64,000 nucleotides of DNA from an uncultured Alphaproteobacteria bacterium (GTDB lineage Bacteria; Pseudomonadota; Alphaproteobacteria; CBDUYM01): NCBI GenBank assembly GCA_965371465.1, contig CBDUYM010000019.1:67-64066 (forward strand), written 5' to 3'. Below, piece after piece: positions 49,769 through 61,401 of the stretch. The notes beneath the pieces were generated by a model that was not told where the DNA came from, made no database searches, and worked only from the letters and a program-made list of their open reading frames with translations. The translations under genes and the position numbers were made by a program. How positions within the stretch are numbered: the first letter of the stretch is position 1; each line of letters opens with the position of its first letter.

Positions 49769-49903
49769 TTGTCTCTCCTGCTGTCGTCTTTTTTTGATCT
49801 CATGGCACACACGATGCAAGTCATATCATATCAGGTCAATGCCTGTTATTGCGCTGGATATTGAGCCCGCGTCAAAAAGACACGCCGATCTAGAGGAAAC
49901 AAA

Positions 49904-50863
49904 TCAGGGGGCAAATGTCGCGCGCCGTTCCACTATACCTTCAGGATCTTCATGGATGATAATTTCAGATCCTGGAAATGCGACCATGAGCAACTCTTCG
50001 ACCTCGTCTGAAATTGAGTGGGCCTCCATCAGTGTCATCGAACCATCCAGCTCGAGATGCAGCTGAATGAAATTGAGAGTTCCTGACTGGCGCGTTCTTA
50101 GATCATGCATGTCCTTGACTTCAGCATGCGACAGCACGACTTCGCGAATTCTTGCCCGATCAGCATCCGGCAACTCACGGTCCATCAGCACATCATAGGC
50201 AGCCCTGACAATTGACCATGCGGCGTAAAGGATCATGAAGGCCAGAACGATGGCTATGATCGGGTCGGCCAGATCGAAACCGTATACGCCGGCGAGAATG
50301 ATCGCAGCGATAACGCCGGCATTTTGCGCAAGGTCAGCAACGTAATGCATAGAGTCAGCCGAAATTGCAACGGACCGTGTCACTCGCGCAACGTATCGCT
50401 GGAACTGTACCAGGCCGAACGTCACGACCATGGAAAAGATCATCACGCTGATGCCGATTTCTGCATTAGGCAAGGCGACAGGATTTGAAAAGCGCGCGAT
50501 GGCCTGAACACCGACAAATACGGCCGAGGCCGCGACGAAGAGGCTTTGGCCAAGACCCGCAAGAGCTTCCACCTTGCCATGACCAAAGCGATGCTGACGA
50601 TCAGCTGGCGTCAGCGAGCGATGCACAGCGATCAGATTGATGAGCGATGCAAGCACATCAAGTGCTGAGTCCATGAGGGAACTCAGAAGTGACACGGATG
50701 AAGTTTCGAGCCAGGCAAACAGCTTGCCTGCGATCAGTACCGCCGCCACGGTGACGGATGCGTAGGTTGCCGCACGCATGAGCGCTGCCTGCCGCTCCAT
50801 CGGCACAATTTCTGTGTCCTTGATCTGGGCGTCTGTCACGGATAGAGGCGGTCGTGCCGCCAC
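49904..50863 (-). CDS. cation diffusion facilitator (CDF) metal efflux transporter
   Basis: SLLSSLMDSALDVLASLINL and HRFGHGKVE motifs. Six-TM N-terminus plus cytoplasmic C-terminal domain. Confidence 0.75.
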   Translation of the reverse strand: MAARPPLSVTDAQIKDTEIVPMERQAALMRAATYASVTVAAVLIAGKLFAWLETSSVSLLSSLMDSALDVLASLINLIAVHRSLTPADRQHRFGHGKVEALAGLGQSLFVAASAVFVGVQAIARFSNPVALPNAEIGISVMIFSMVVTFGLVQFQRYVARVTRSVAISADSMHYVADLAQNAGVIAAIILAGVYGFDLADPIIAIVLAFMILYAAWSIVRAAYDVLMDRELPDADRARIREVVLSHAEVKDMHDLRTRQSGTLNFIQLHLELDGSMTLMEAHSISDEVEELLMVAFPGSEIIIHEDPEGIVERRATFAP

Positions 50864-51459
50864 GGTGCGTCGGAAGTCGGCGCTTCCCTGGTAAACACAT
50901 CGCGATCATGGAGCCTGGAGACTCTGTCCTGCCAGAATTCCATGTGATCGGGCATCAGGCGGTAACCGGACCAGAAGTCGGGCCGGACAACCTTGCCGAT
51001 ATTGAACCGGGCGGCGTATTTGGCGACCGCTTTCTCAAGCGCAAAGCGGCTCTCCAGAACCGCACTTTGCTTCGATGCCCAGGCACCAATCTGGCTGCCT
51101 TTTGGTCGGGTCTCGAAATACTCGTCCGCTTCTTCGTCGGTGACGGCTTCAACAATACCCTCTATGCGGACCTGGCGTTTAAGGATCTTCCAGTGAAAGC
51201 ACAATGCGGCATGTGGATTGCCAGCCAGATTTTCAGCTTTGCGGCTCTCAAGATTTGTGTAGAAGACGTAGCCGCCCTTTTCAAAGCCCTGCAAAAGCAC
51301 CATTCGCGCCGAGGGCCGGCCCTCTGTCGAAACGGTGGCAAGCGTCATTGCATGGGGCAGGTCTTCACCCGAAGCGTTGGCCTCTCTCATCCAGTCGGCG
51401 AACCACTCATGGGGATCACGTGTCCCCTGGTCGGTCTCGGTCTTTGTCTCTGCGGCCAT
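50836..51459 (-). CDS. pdxH: pyridoxamine 5'-phosphate oxidase PdxH
   Basis: GRPSARMVLLQGF..FYTN..SRK...GSQIGAWASKQS...FWQ...RLHDR matches E. coli PdxH closely. Confidence 0.85.
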   Translation of the reverse strand: MAAETKTETDQGTRDPHEWFADWMREANASGEDLPHAMTLATVSTEGRPSARMVLLQGFEKGGYVFYTNLESRKAENLAGNPHAALCFHWKILKRQVRIEGIVEAVTDEEADEYFETRPKGSQIGAWASKQSAVLESRFALEKAVAKYAARFNIGKVVRPDFWSGYRLMPDHMEFWQDRVSRLHDRDVFTREAPTSDAPWRHDRLYP

Positions 51460-51662
51460 GCTTGATCCGGACTTTCTGTTGTCGCGGTAATTTGCCGTTT
51501 GGTGCTGAGCCTAGCACGGTTGGTGTATCTTTGGATGGCATCCTTCAGTCGCTTGTTGTAACCATGCCAAGGCATTCATTCTCCTTGGCTTTCGTTTGGT
51601 GTAGGATGCCGCCCGAACGACGTAAATTCAGAATCAGCACTGAAAACGGTGCGGACAGTGAC

Positions 51663-52478
51663 ATGACAGAACAAAGCAGTTTGCTGGCCGGAAAAAAAGG
51701 CCTCATCGTCGGCGTTGCAAATGCGAGATCCCTGGCCTGGGGTGTGGCGCAGGCAGCCCACGACGCCGGGGCCGAACTCGCTTTCACCTATCTTGGTGAA
51801 GCGCTCAAGAAGCGCGTTGTGCCGTTGGGCGAATCACTTGGCAGTGACATATTCCTTGACTGTGATGTCTCCGACGAAGCGTCCATGGATAGCGTCTTTC
51901 AGGTCCTCGGCGAAAAGTGGGGCAAGCTTGATTTCATGCTGCATGCTGTTGGTTACACCGACTCAGCTGCCCTTCAGGGACGCTATGTCGATACGACAAC
52001 GGAGAATTTTCTCAACACGATGAACATCTCCGCCTTTTCTCTTGTCGCACTGACCGGGCGGGCAGAAAAGCTGATGACCGCAGGAGGCTCGATCGTCACG
52101 CTCACTTACATGGGCTCGGAAAAAGTGATCCCAAACTATAACGTTATGGGGGTCGCAAAGGCAGCGCTGGAGGCTAGCGTGAGATATCTGGCCGAAGATC
52201 TTGGCAAAGACAACATCCGTGTGAATGCAATTTCGGCAGGTCCGGTTCGTACGCTGGCAGCATCCGGCGTGCGCGACTTTCACTATCTGATGAAGTGGTA
52301 TGAGTACAATGCGCCGTTACGGTCGGCAACATCCATCGAGCAGGTGGGCAGCTCTGCGGTGTATCTCATGAGCGATCTGTCGTCAGGTGTAACAGGTGAG
52401 GTGCTTCACGTGGACTCGGGATATCATGTCGTCGGCATGAAAGCGTCAGATGCACCCGATATTTCAACCGTCAGTTAA
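51663..52478 (+). CDS. fabI: enoyl-[acyl-carrier-protein] reductase (NADH) FabI
   Basis: ATG at 51663. LAGKKGLIVGVANARSLAWG Rossmann motif. Y..MG.AKAALE catalytic Tyr/Lys. Confidence 0.85.
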   Translation: MTEQSSLLAGKKGLIVGVANARSLAWGVAQAAHDAGAELAFTYLGEALKKRVVPLGESLGSDIFLDCDVSDEASMDSVFQVLGEKWGKLDFMLHAVGYTDSAALQGRYVDTTTENFLNTMNISAFSLVALTGRAEKLMTAGGSIVTLTYMGSEKVIPNYNVMGVAKAALEASVRYLAEDLGKDNIRVNAISAGPVRTLAASGVRDFHYLMKWYEYNAPLRSATSIEQVGSSAVYLMSDLSSGVTGEVLHVDSGYHVVGMKASDAPDISTVS

Positions 52479-52502
52479 GTCCGAATTTTCTGGTAAACGA
52501 TC

Positions 52503-53582
52503 ATGTCACATAACAGTTACGGACATCTCTTTCGTGTAACAACCTGGGGCGAAAGCCATGGGCCGGCAATCGGCTGCGTTGTTGACGGCACACCGCCGAA
52601 CATTGAGCTTGATGAGAGTGACCTGCAAATCTGGCTTGATAAGCGCAGGCCCGGACAGTCCCGCCATACGACACAGCGGCGCGAACCCGATGAAGTCAGA
52701 ATTCTGTCTGGAGTCTTCGAGGGCAAAACGACTGGAACGCCGATTTCCCTGATGATCGACAATATCGATCAGCGCTCGCGGGACTACAGTGACAGTAGGG
52801 ATGTCTATCGGCCAGGGCATGCCGACTACACTTATGATGCCAAGTACGGCATCCGGGATTACCGGGGTGGCGGCAGAAGTTCCGCACGCGAAACTGCGAT
52901 GCGAGTTGCAGCCGGCGGCATAGCGAGGAAAATTCTGGGCTCGGATATCATCATTCGCGGCGCGCTGATTCAGGTTGGCGAACACAAAATTGACCGCGAG
53001 CGTTTCGATTGGGATGCCGTTAATGGCAATGAATTCTGGTGCCCGGACAAGAAGATGGTCGCCACCTGGGAAAGCTATCTCGACGAAATCCGCAAGGCGG
53101 GAAGTTCGGTCGGCGCGGTGATTGAAGTTGTGGCATCCGGTGTGCCGGTCGGCCTGGGCGCACCGGTCTATGGCAAGCTTGATGCGGATCTTGCCGGCGC
53201 CATGATGTCCATCAACGCTGTCAAAGGTGTAGAAATCGGCGACGGCTTCGCTGTCGCATCCCTGCACGGCGAAGAAAATGCAGATGAGATGCGAGCGTCC
53301 GGTTCCAACACGAAAGCACCGACCTTTTTGAGCAATCATGCCGGTGGCATCCTCGGTGGAATTTCGTCCGGCCAGGATGTCGTGGCTCGGTTTGCCGTGA
53401 AGCCGACATCTTCGATCCGTATCCCGAGACAGACAGTGGATACCGAGGGAAATGAACGTGATGTCGAGACCACAGGCCGCCATGATCCTTGCGTCGGTAT
53501 CCGTGCAGTGCCGGTTGGCGAGGCCATGATGGCTGCAGTGCTCGCCGATCACATGCTTCGCCATCGAGCGCAGAACGGCTAG
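52503..53582 (+). CDS. aroC: chorismate synthase AroC
   Basis: [29 protein letters not shown] signature N-terminus. Confidence 0.9.
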   Translation: MSHNSYGHLFRVTTWGESHGPAIGCVVDGTPPNIELDESDLQIWLDKRRPGQSRHTTQRREPDEVRILSGVFEGKTTGTPISLMIDNIDQRSRDYSDSRDVYRPGHADYTYDAKYGIRDYRGGGRSSARETAMRVAAGGIARKILGSDIIIRGALIQVGEHKIDRERFDWDAVNGNEFWCPDKKMVATWESYLDEIRKAGSSVGAVIEVVASGVPVGLGAPVYGKLDADLAGAMMSINAVKGVEIGDGFAVASLHGEENADEMRASGSNTKAPTFLSNHAGGILGGISSGQDVVARFAVKPTSSIRIPRQTVDTEGNERDVETTGRHDPCVGIRAVPVGEAMMAAVLADHMLRHRAQNG

Positions 53583-53585
53583 AGC

Positions 53586-54836
53586 CTAGCGCGTGAAGCT
53601 TGCGACAAGCTCCACTTCCGACGACCAGACGAACTGATCAAGCGGCTTGACCCAATCGAGCTCAAAGCCGCCGTCAATCAAAGTTCTGGCATCACGTGCA
53701 AATGTTCCTGGATTGCAGGATACAGCCATGATCCGCGAGACATCAGCGTGCGCCAGTTCTGTTGATTGAGCACGTGCGCCGGCTCTTGGCGGATCGAAAA
53801 TGACCGCATCGTAGCGATCAAGTTCTTTGGCAGTCAGCGGATCATCGAAGAGATCGCGCAGTCGAGCGGTCATGCTGGCCCCGGCACGCGACGCGGATCG
53901 CTCAAGAGCACCGGCAGCAAGGGCATCGTGATCGTAGGCATGGACAGAAGCCGAGCTTGATACCGGGACCGAGAATGTGCCACAGCCTGAAAACAGATCA
54001 GCCACCAATGCTTTACCCATATTGAGGTCGGTAATGCCCTTGATTACGGTCTCAATCAGGAACTCTTCACCTTCCTCGGTAGGTTGAAGGAATGCAAAGG
54101 GTGGTAGCTCGACCGTGAACCCGCCGAAGGTTCGGCAGGGCTTTCGTTGTTCGCTCACCAGCTCATCTGCAAAAGTGACTCTTGCGAGGTCCAGATCATT
54201 GGAGAGTGCTGCAAGAGCTTCCCTGACCCTGAGGTCCAGTTCAATTTTGGTGTCTATGGAAAGATCAACGCCGCTGTCTGTTTTCAGAATCTTGACCTGA
54301 CCTTCAGCCCCGTCCGGGAGGAACTCGCTCAGGGCGTGGCGAAGGGTCTGGACCAGCTGGAACAGTTCCGGCAACAAGACGGGGCAGGCCTCAATATCGA
54401 CAATTTCACGGCCCCTCAGCCGATGGAAGCCAAGCGTTGTCCTGTTCTTCTGGACCGAAAATGACAGAGCTGCACGCCGTCTCGTGCCTGAAGGGACGAG
54501 ACGGATCTGATCCACGTGGTCGGTCGCAATGCCACGATGAGCCAGTGCACCCACGATGCGGTCACGCTTCCAGGCCGCATAAACGTCGTCTCGCATGTGC
54601 TGAGCGATACAGCCACCGCAAACTTCGAAATGCCGGCAGGTCGGGGGCTGGTGTGATGTAACCGACTTTTCGTGCCCGGTGACGCGGGCGCGACGGGGCT
54701 TGCCCTTACCTTCCGCAATGATTTCGGCTTCCACAGAATCGCCGGGAAGTGCAAAGGGTACGAATACCGGTTCGCCATCATGGATCGCGATGCCATCACC
54801 ACGGGCGCCGATGTCACTGATTTTCAGATTGACCAT
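53586..54836 (-). CDS. TRAM-domain RNA (uracil-5)-methyltransferase (RlmD/RumA-like)
   Basis: TRAM N-terminus, 4Fe-4S Cys cluster (CRHFEVCGGC) and SAM-MTase C-terminal domain. Confidence 0.8.
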   Translation of the reverse strand: MVNLKISDIGARGDGIAIHDGEPVFVPFALPGDSVEAEIIAEGKGKPRRARVTGHEKSVTSHQPPTCRHFEVCGGCIAQHMRDDVYAAWKRDRIVGALAHRGIATDHVDQIRLVPSGTRRRAALSFSVQKNRTTLGFHRLRGREIVDIEACPVLLPELFQLVQTLRHALSEFLPDGAEGQVKILKTDSGVDLSIDTKIELDLRVREALAALSNDLDLARVTFADELVSEQRKPCRTFGGFTVELPPFAFLQPTEEGEEFLIETVIKGITDLNMGKALVADLFSGCGTFSVPVSSSASVHAYDHDALAAGALERSASRAGASMTARLRDLFDDPLTAKELDRYDAVIFDPPRAGARAQSTELAHADVSRIMAVSCNPGTFARDARTLIDGGFELDWVKPLDQFVWSSEVELVASFTR

Positions 54837-54844
54837 TTTTCAGG

Positions 54845-56764
54845 TCAGGCGCTGCGGTCCGTTATCACTGCCTGCTTGCCAAGCGCCTCAAGTGCGGTTC
54901 TGACGATATCTGGTGCCGCCAGTCCGGCCGTTTCATACTGCGCGGCAGGCGCATCCTGCTCCAGGAATCGATCGGGCAACATCATGGGGCGGATCTTAAG
55001 ACCGCTATCCATTGCGCCGGACATTGCCAAATGCTGCATGACATGGGCGGCAAATCCACCAATTGAGCCTTCCTCGATGGTAATGAGAACTTCATGGTTC
55101 CGGACCAGCCGATCTATAAGGTCCGTATCGAGGGGCTTGGCAAAACGGGCATCGGCAACGGTGGTGGAGTAACCAAGGGCTGCAAGCTCATTTGCCGCAT
55201 GGAGACATTCCTGAAGCCTGGCACCCAAGGACAGAATCGCGATGGTGCTGCCTTCGCGTAAAATCCGGCCTTTGCCGATTTCAAGGGGCACGCCCACTTC
55301 GGGGATCTCAATGCCGGTGCCCTCACCGCGCGGGAAACGGAATGAACTTGGGCCGTCATCAATCGCCGCGGCGGTCGCCACCATGTGTACAAGCTCGGCT
55401 TCGTCAGCCGCAGCCATGACGACAAACCCCGGCAATGTGGCCAGATAGGTGACGTCAAACGAACCCGCGTGGGTCTGACCGTCGGCGCCAATCAAGCCTG
55501 CACGGTCTATGGCAAATCGAACCGGCAGATGCTGAATAGCGACATCGTGGACGACCTGGTCATAGGCGCGCTGCAGGAAAGTCGAATAAATTGTCGCAAA
55601 GGGCTTCATGCCTTCAGTGGCAAGACCTGCAGCAAAAGTTACACCGTGCTGCTCGGCAATACCGACATCGAATGTCCGATCCGGGAACTCTGCACCAAAT
55701 TTGTCGATGCCCGTGCCGCTTGGCATTGCAGCCGTAATCGCGACGATCTTCGGATCCTTCTTCGCCTCCTTGATCAACGCATTGGCGAAAACCGATGTGT
55801 AACTTGGCGCGTTTGGTTTGGATTTTGACTGGGTGCCGGTGATGACGTCGAATTTGGACACCGCATGAAGTTTGTCATCCGCGTCTTCCGCCGGCCCATA
55901 GCCCTTACCCTTTTGTGTCACCACATGAACCAGAATGGGCCGATCTGTGACAGCATCGCGCACGTTCTTCAGGACCGGCAGAAGGTGATCCATATTGTGG
56001 CCATCTATGGGTCCTACGTAATAAAAGCCAAGTTCTTCAAAAAGTGTGCCGCCCGTCGCCATGCCGCGGGCATATTCTTCGGCACGCCTTGCGGAGCGTT
56101 CCACCGGCGCGGGCAGTTTCTGGGCAATCACTTTCGCTATGTGGCGCAGGCTGAGATAGGATTTTCCCGAAATTATTCTGGCCAGATAAGCGCTCATGGC
56201 ACCAACCGGCGGCGCGATTGACATGTCATTGTCGTTCAATATGACAATCAGTTTGGTCGAGCGCGAACCTGCATTGTTCATGGCTTCATAGGCCATACCG
56301 GCACTCATGGCACCGTCGCCAATCACAGCCACAACATGACGTTCATCTTCCTGCAGCTCTGACGCCACGGCCATGCCGAGGCCCGAGGAAATGGATGTTG
56401 AACTGTGAGCGGCACCAAAGGGGTCGTATTCGCTTTCAGCCCGCTTTGTAAAACCAGACAGACCGCCGCCTTGGCGCAACGTTGACATACGTTCCCTGCG
56501 CCCGGTCAAAATTTTGTGCGGATAGCATTGATGGCCGACATCCCAAATCAATCGGTCGTGAGGGGTGTCGAACAGATAGTGCAGCGCCACGGTCAGCTCT
56601 ACAACACCAAGCCCAGCGCCAAGGTGACCCCCGGTTTTAGAGACAATGTTGATTGTGTCGCTGCGCAATTCGTCGGCCAGCTGGCGCAGCTGACCGGCTT
56701 CCAGCTGGCGCAAATCTGCAGGGAAATTGATCGTGTCGAGAAGAGGCGTCGCGGTCGTCATCAA
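54845..56764 (-). CDS. dxs: 1-deoxy-D-xylulose-5-phosphate synthase Dxs
   Basis: [19 protein letters not shown] and [16 protein letters not shown] motifs. Confidence 0.9.
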   Translation of the reverse strand: MMTTATPLLDTINFPADLRQLEAGQLRQLADELRSDTINIVSKTGGHLGAGLGVVELTVALHYLFDTPHDRLIWDVGHQCYPHKILTGRRERMSTLRQGGGLSGFTKRAESEYDPFGAAHSSTSISSGLGMAVASELQEDERHVVAVIGDGAMSAGMAYEAMNNAGSRSTKLIVILNDNDMSIAPPVGAMSAYLARIISGKSYLSLRHIAKVIAQKLPAPVERSARRAEEYARGMATGGTLFEELGFYYVGPIDGHNMDHLLPVLKNVRDAVTDRPILVHVVTQKGKGYGPAEDADDKLHAVSKFDVITGTQSKSKPNAPSYTSVFANALIKEAKKDPKIVAITAAMPSGTGIDKFGAEFPDRTFDVGIAEQHGVTFAAGLATEGMKPFATIYSTFLQRAYDQVVHDVAIQHLPVRFAIDRAGLIGADGQTHAGSFDVTYLATLPGFVVMAAADEAELVHMVATAAAIDDGPSSFRFPRGEGTGIEIPEVGVPLEIGKGRILREGSTIAILSLGARLQECLHAANELAALGYSTTVADARFAKPLDTDLIDRLVRNHEVLITIEEGSIGGFAAHVMQHLAMSGAMDSGLKIRPMMLPDRFLEQDAPAAQYETAGLAAPDIVRTALEALGKQAVITDRSA

Positions 56765-56788
56765 GGGTCGCTCCGTGGCGGCAAGTGC

Positions 56789-57676
56789 TTAACTGCTGCG
56801 GGTTATAGCAAACTGGGCCAAGTCGCGCAAAAGGTCCGCTTCCTGGCCAAAGATTGAAAGATGGTTGGCAGCCTGCTCAGCCAGCATTTCAGCTTGCGTG
56901 CGCGCCCTGTCGGCACCCATAAGCGCGATCAGGGTCGCCTTGCCCTGGCCTTCATCTTTGCCCACTTTCTTGCCGAGGGCATTCGCATCGCCTTCGTGAT
57001 CCAGAAGATCGTCCGTAATCTGGTAAGCAAGCCCCAGATCATGGGCATAAGCGTGAAGTGCGTGAGTGTCGCTGCGTGATCCTCCACCCAGGATGGCACC
57101 GCATTTGCAGGAATAGGCGATCAGAGCGCCGGTCTTCAGTTGCTGTAACCGTGTAATCGCACCGATATCCAGCTGATGGTTCCGTGCATCAAGATCGATG
57201 ACCTGTCCGGCAACCATGCCGTGGGCGCCAATCGCCCGGGCAAGTTCCAGGACCAGATTTCCTCTCACGAAACTGTCCCTGTCGGTCAAGGGATTGGACA
57301 GAATTTCGAAGGAAAAAGTCAGCAATGCATCACCGGCAAGCACTGCGGTTGCTTCATCAAACTTAATGTGAACCGTTGGCTGGCCGTGCCGCAACTCATC
57401 ATTGTCCATGCAAGGCAGATCATCATGAATAAGAGAATAGGTGTGCACGCACTCGACGGCTGCTGCAATTCGAAGAGCCGAAGCCCGTCGGCCTTCAAAC
57501 ATCGCGCAGCTGGTCAGAACCATAAACGATCTGAGGCGCTTACCGCCACCAAGGGCAGCGTAGCGCATGGCCTCATGCATTTTGTTTTCGGGGCCGGATG
57601 GGACCGGTAGCAATGCATCAAGCTCGGCAGCCACGGCATAGCGGCAATTTTCGAGAGCGGTCTCAAGTGCTGGCAT
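56789..57676 (-). CDS. ispA: geranyl-/farnesyl-diphosphate synthase IspA
   Basis: First Asp-rich motif LIHDDLPCMDND and second DD-motif YQITDDLLD. Confidence 0.85.
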   Translation of the reverse strand: MPALETALENCRYAVAAELDALLPVPSGPENKMHEAMRYAALGGGKRLRSFMVLTSCAMFEGRRASALRIAAAVECVHTYSLIHDDLPCMDNDELRHGQPTVHIKFDEATAVLAGDALLTFSFEILSNPLTDRDSFVRGNLVLELARAIGAHGMVAGQVIDLDARNHQLDIGAITRLQQLKTGALIAYSCKCGAILGGGSRSDTHALHAYAHDLGLAYQITDDLLDHEGDANALGKKVGKDEGQGKATLIALMGADRARTQAEMLAEQAANHLSIFGQEADLLRDLAQFAITRSS

Positions 57677-57693
57677 AGTGTTTTTGTACCGAA

Positions 57694-57963
57694 CTATTCG
57701 ACGGCGAACTCTTCAGTGCTGAGAGCTCCGTCACCATCTGTCACGATTTTGTCGATTCGCGCCTGGGCGTTTTTGAGCTTGGCATCGCAGTGCTGTTTCA
57801 GCTGCGCACCGCGGCTGTAGATTTCGATGGATTTTTCAAGATCAACATCTCCTGATTCCAGCTGCTGCACTATTTCTTCAAGCTCATCGAGCGCGGCCTC
57901 AAAAGACATTTTCTGGATGTCGGCGGGAAGTGTTGCATCAGCATTCTTCGGGGCCTTGGCCAT
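57694..57963 (-). CDS. xseB: exodeoxyribonuclease VII small subunit XseB
   Basis: 89 aa. FEAALDELEEIVQQLESG typical XseB. Conserved xseB-ispA-dxs order. Confidence 0.8.
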   Translation of the reverse strand: MAKAPKNADATLPADIQKMSFEAALDELEEIVQQLESGDVDLEKSIEIYSRGAQLKQHCDAKLKNAQARIDKIVTDGDGALSTEEFAVE

Positions 57964-57984
57964 AGAAATGTCCTTTCTTCCGGT

Positions 57985-58914
57985 TCAGGCGCTGGCCAGT
58001 ACATCGACATGGTCGCCGACGCATCTGGCCAAGGTGTCCAGATCATACCCCCCTTCAAGGGTCGATACGACCATGCTGTTGCATTGGCGCTCAGCAATAT
58101 GAAGAAGCTTCTCCGTAACCCAGATAAAGTCTGCATCTTCAAGCCGGATACCGCCGATGGGATCGTTGGCGTGGCCATCAAAACCAGCCGATATGATCAG
58201 CAGGTCAGGGCCGAAAGCCTTGAGGCCCGGCAACAGAACCGATTCCCAGGCATCTCTGAAAACCGTGCCGTCAGCATTTGCAGGCAACGGAGCATTACAG
58301 ATGTTGCCCACGCCCTGCTCAGCAATAGTCCCTGTGCCTGGATAAAAAGGGAACTGATGCGAGGACGCATAATAGAGGCTCGAATCGCGTTCAAACATGG
58401 CCTGAGTGCCGTTGCCGTGGTGAACATCGAAATCCACAACCGCGACTTTGCCGATGCCATCAAAGGTTTGCGCGTAGCGCGCGGCCATGGCGGCATTGTT
58501 CATCAGGCAAAAGCCCATAGGCCGATCCGGCTCTGCATGGTGGCCAGGGGGTCGGACGGCGCAAAACGCATTTTTGGCCGCCCCTTCGATCACACTTTTG
58601 ACAGCATCGCAGACCACACCTGCGGCCTCGAGAGCCGCCTTCGCCGATCCATGAGAGGCGAGAGTGTCCTGATCAAGCTTTATGTGGCCCTCAGCCGGCA
58701 GGGATTGCTGCAGATTTTCAAAGTAGCCAGCCACGTGCACAGCCTCGATCTGATCTGTCGTAGCTGGCACCGAAATGCCTCGCCCGAGAGATTGAAATCG
58801 CGGATCCGCCAAGGTGGATTTTACAGCTTCCAGTCGCCCGGCTGATTCGGGGTGGCGACCACCAGTGTCGTGATCAAAGCCGCTTTCTGGAAGATAGAGT
58901 TTCGTGGCTGCCAT
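57985..58914 (-). CDS. histone-deacetylase-superfamily amidohydrolase (AcuC/HDAC-like)
   Basis: RPPGHHA and DFDVHHGNGTQ zinc-site motifs. Confidence 0.75.
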   Translation of the reverse strand: MAATKLYLPESGFDHDTGGRHPESAGRLEAVKSTLADPRFQSLGRGISVPATTDQIEAVHVAGYFENLQQSLPAEGHIKLDQDTLASHGSAKAALEAAGVVCDAVKSVIEGAAKNAFCAVRPPGHHAEPDRPMGFCLMNNAAMAARYAQTFDGIGKVAVVDFDVHHGNGTQAMFERDSSLYYASSHQFPFYPGTGTIAEQGVGNICNAPLPANADGTVFRDAWESVLLPGLKAFGPDLLIISAGFDGHANDPIGGIRLEDADFIWVTEKLLHIAERQCNSMVVSTLEGGYDLDTLARCVGDHVDVLASA

Positions 58915-58931
58915 CGCGTCCTCTTGACCGC

Positions 58932-60095
58932 CTACTCAAAGATCTGGTCTGGATCCATATTTGCTTCGTCGTGGATGTCAGCCTGACGATACTGGTTGAC
59001 TCCATCGCCGTCCATTTCGCGAACAATCTTGCCGCGATAGATCAGGCAGTTGAGGTGGGCGAGCCCCTCACCCGTCGCCGGGAACAGCGAGGGCCCTATG
59101 ATCGGCTTGTCAAAGACAGCGGGGAAGATATCGACAACCGTTTGCGGCGTTGCGCACAGCTCATACAGCTTTGCCATTGCCGTTTCATGACGGTCAATGA
59201 GTGCGGAAATGCGTGAATGGAGGCCATAAAATGGCAGATTGTGCGCCGGCAGCACAAGCGGGTCCGCTGGCAAGCGCGTGCGGATGTGGCTCAGGCTTTC
59301 GAGCCAGTCACGCAAAGGATCCGCTTCAGGTTCCATGAAACTGACGCTCACGTTCGATGTGATCCTTGGCAGGATCTGATCGCCTGAGATCAGGACGTTC
59401 AGTGTCGGGCAGTAAAGGCAGGCATGTTCCGGTGAATGGCCTGAGCCAACCACAACTTCCCATCGATTGGCGCCAATCCTGATGATGTCGCCATCCTGCA
59501 TGCGGCGATAGGTCTGCGGGCCCTCCGTCGGCTGCATGTACTGGGCACCGGGTCCACGCCTGTGCGCAGGCTGCTTTTCCTTGGAATTCGGATCAGGCGG
59601 GGCCATGTGACGCATGGATTCCAGCCGTTTCTGACTGACGCCGGCAGATTTGAAAAAGCCCTGCATCAAGTCGCTGCCGCGGCCTGCCCCACCAAACATA
59701 TTCATTTTCGAGAAGAGGTATTCAGTCCGTGTCATCCAGAGCGGTGCTGAGAAGCGTTCCGTCAGCCAGCCCGCCAGCCCGACATGATCGCCGTGATAAT
59801 GGGTGACGATGACCCGGGTGACCGGTTTGCCGCCCATAAACCCTTCGAACAGCTCTTCCCAGATTTTCTTGGCTTCATCTGATGGCACGCAGGTGTCGAC
59901 AATGGTCCAGCCATCATCATCTTCCAGAAGCCAGAGATTGATGTGATCAAGCCCGCCCGGCATGGGCATCCTCAGCCAGTGCACACCAGGTGCCATCTCC
60001 TGTGGCTCAGTCGCCTTCGGCGGGTCTTTGTAGGGGTAGTCCAGTCCTTGTACCAATTTGGTGCTGCCTTTCAGCTGAATCAAAGTTTGCGGCAC
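58932..60095 (-). CDS. MBL-fold metallo-hydrolase
   Basis: VTHYHGDHVGLAGW motif. Confidence 0.65.
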   Translation of the reverse strand: MPQTLIQLKGSTKLVQGLDYPYKDPPKATEPQEMAPGVHWLRMPMPGGLDHINLWLLEDDDGWTIVDTCVPSDEAKKIWEELFEGFMGGKPVTRVIVTHYHGDHVGLAGWLTERFSAPLWMTRTEYLFSKMNMFGGAGRGSDLMQGFFKSAGVSQKRLESMRHMAPPDPNSKEKQPAHRRGPGAQYMQPTEGPQTYRRMQDGDIIRIGANRWEVVVGSGHSPEHACLYCPTLNVLISGDQILPRITSNVSVSFMEPEADPLRDWLESLSHIRTRLPADPLVLPAHNLPFYGLHSRISALIDRHETAMAKLYELCATPQTVVDIFPAVFDKPIIGPSLFPATGEGLAHLNCLIYRGKIVREMDGDGVNQYRQADIHDEANMDPDQIFE

Positions 60096-60207
60096 CTTAA
60101 CGGACCGGTTCGTGCTGTCAAACCCGAGGCTGGCATACTGATGAAGTTTTTACTTTCGGCCACCTCGCCCTACACTCATTGAAAACAGATATCAGGGAGA
60201 CAACCGG

Positions 60208-61398
60208 ATGAAAATTTCTGGCTACGACATCATGCACGCCGACGGCGGGCGGTCATTCTCATTTCTCAAGATCACGACGGATGAAGGCATCACCGGCTGG
60301 TCTGAATTCTGGGGCATAAACGAAATACACAAGCGCATGGGTGTCAGCGCGGTTATTGAAGCGTTGCTGATCCCCCTGAAGGGACGCGATCCGAGAGACG
60401 TTGAGCGCATCACGGCTGATCTCTACACAGCCACAAGGCAAGCCGTCGCTGGCCTCAATCAACAAGCGATCGCAGCCATTCAAAATGCGCTCCTCGACAT
60501 TACGGCGAAGGCACTTGATGTGCCGGTCTACCGCCTTTTCGGCGGGCCCATTCGAACCCGCATCCCACTCTACTGGTCACACTTTGGAAGCAATCGTCTG
60601 CGGGCATATGAGCTTTATGACGAAAAGCAGATCACGACGCTGGACGAATTTGCAGCCCATGGTCGCGATGCCAAGGAAGCTGGATATCTGGCGCTGAAAA
60701 CCAAGGTTCATTACTTCGATGACAAAGGTGGGACTGCCTATTTCCCGTGCTTCGGCACGGAAGCGGGCGCCCCTGAACTGAACCTCGAGCCCAAGATCCT
60801 GAATGCCATTGTCGATCAGATGGCGGCGCTTCGGGATGCCGTGGGCAATGACTTTGATCTCATCCTGGATGTGAATTCAAACTTCAAGGCCGATGGCCAC
60901 ATCCGCATCGCGCGCGCATTGGAAGAATTTAATCTGCGCTGGCTGGAGGTTGACGTATTTGATGCTGACGTCATGGCGGACATCCGGCAGCGTTCGCCCG
61001 TGCCCCTTGGTGGTGCTGAGATGATCTGCACGGCCAGAGAATTCAAGCCGTTCTTTACAGCCAAAGCGGTTGATGTGCCGCTGATCGATGTGCCATGGAA
61101 CGGCTTCATCGAATCGATGCGTATCGCGAGCCTGGCCGACGCTTTTGATATCAATGTCTCGCCGCACAACTTCATCAGCCATCTGTCGACTATGATCTCC
61201 GGCCACTTTGCGGCCATTACACCCAATCTTCAGGTCATGGAGTTTGATGTCGATGAAGTGCCCTGGCATGGCGAGTTTTTCACCGAGCCCCTGCCCCTTG
61301 AAAACGGCCATCTGGTGCTGACAGAGAAGCCAGGCTGGGGCATGGATGTGAACGAGGAGGCCGTGCGGGAACGGCCACCGCGGGTCAAGATCGGCTGA
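60208..61398 (+). CDS. enolase-superfamily enzyme (mandelate racemase/muconate-lactonizing/galactonate-dehydratase-like)
   Basis: MKISGYDIMHADGGRSFSFLKITTDEGITGWSEF N-terminal capping domain. Metal ligands in a barrel domain. Confidence 0.75.
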   Translation: MKISGYDIMHADGGRSFSFLKITTDEGITGWSEFWGINEIHKRMGVSAVIEALLIPLKGRDPRDVERITADLYTATRQAVAGLNQQAIAAIQNALLDITAKALDVPVYRLFGGPIRTRIPLYWSHFGSNRLRAYELYDEKQITTLDEFAAHGRDAKEAGYLALKTKVHYFDDKGGTAYFPCFGTEAGAPELNLEPKILNAIVDQMAALRDAVGNDFDLILDVNSNFKADGHIRIARALEEFNLRWLEVDVFDADVMADIRQRSPVPLGGAEMICTAREFKPFFTAKAVDVPLIDVPWNGFIESMRIASLADAFDINVSPHNFISHLSTMISGHFAAITPNLQVMEFDVDEVPWHGEFFTEPLPLENGHLVLTEKPGWGMDVNEEAVRERPPRVKIG

Positions 61399-61401
61399 TC
61401 G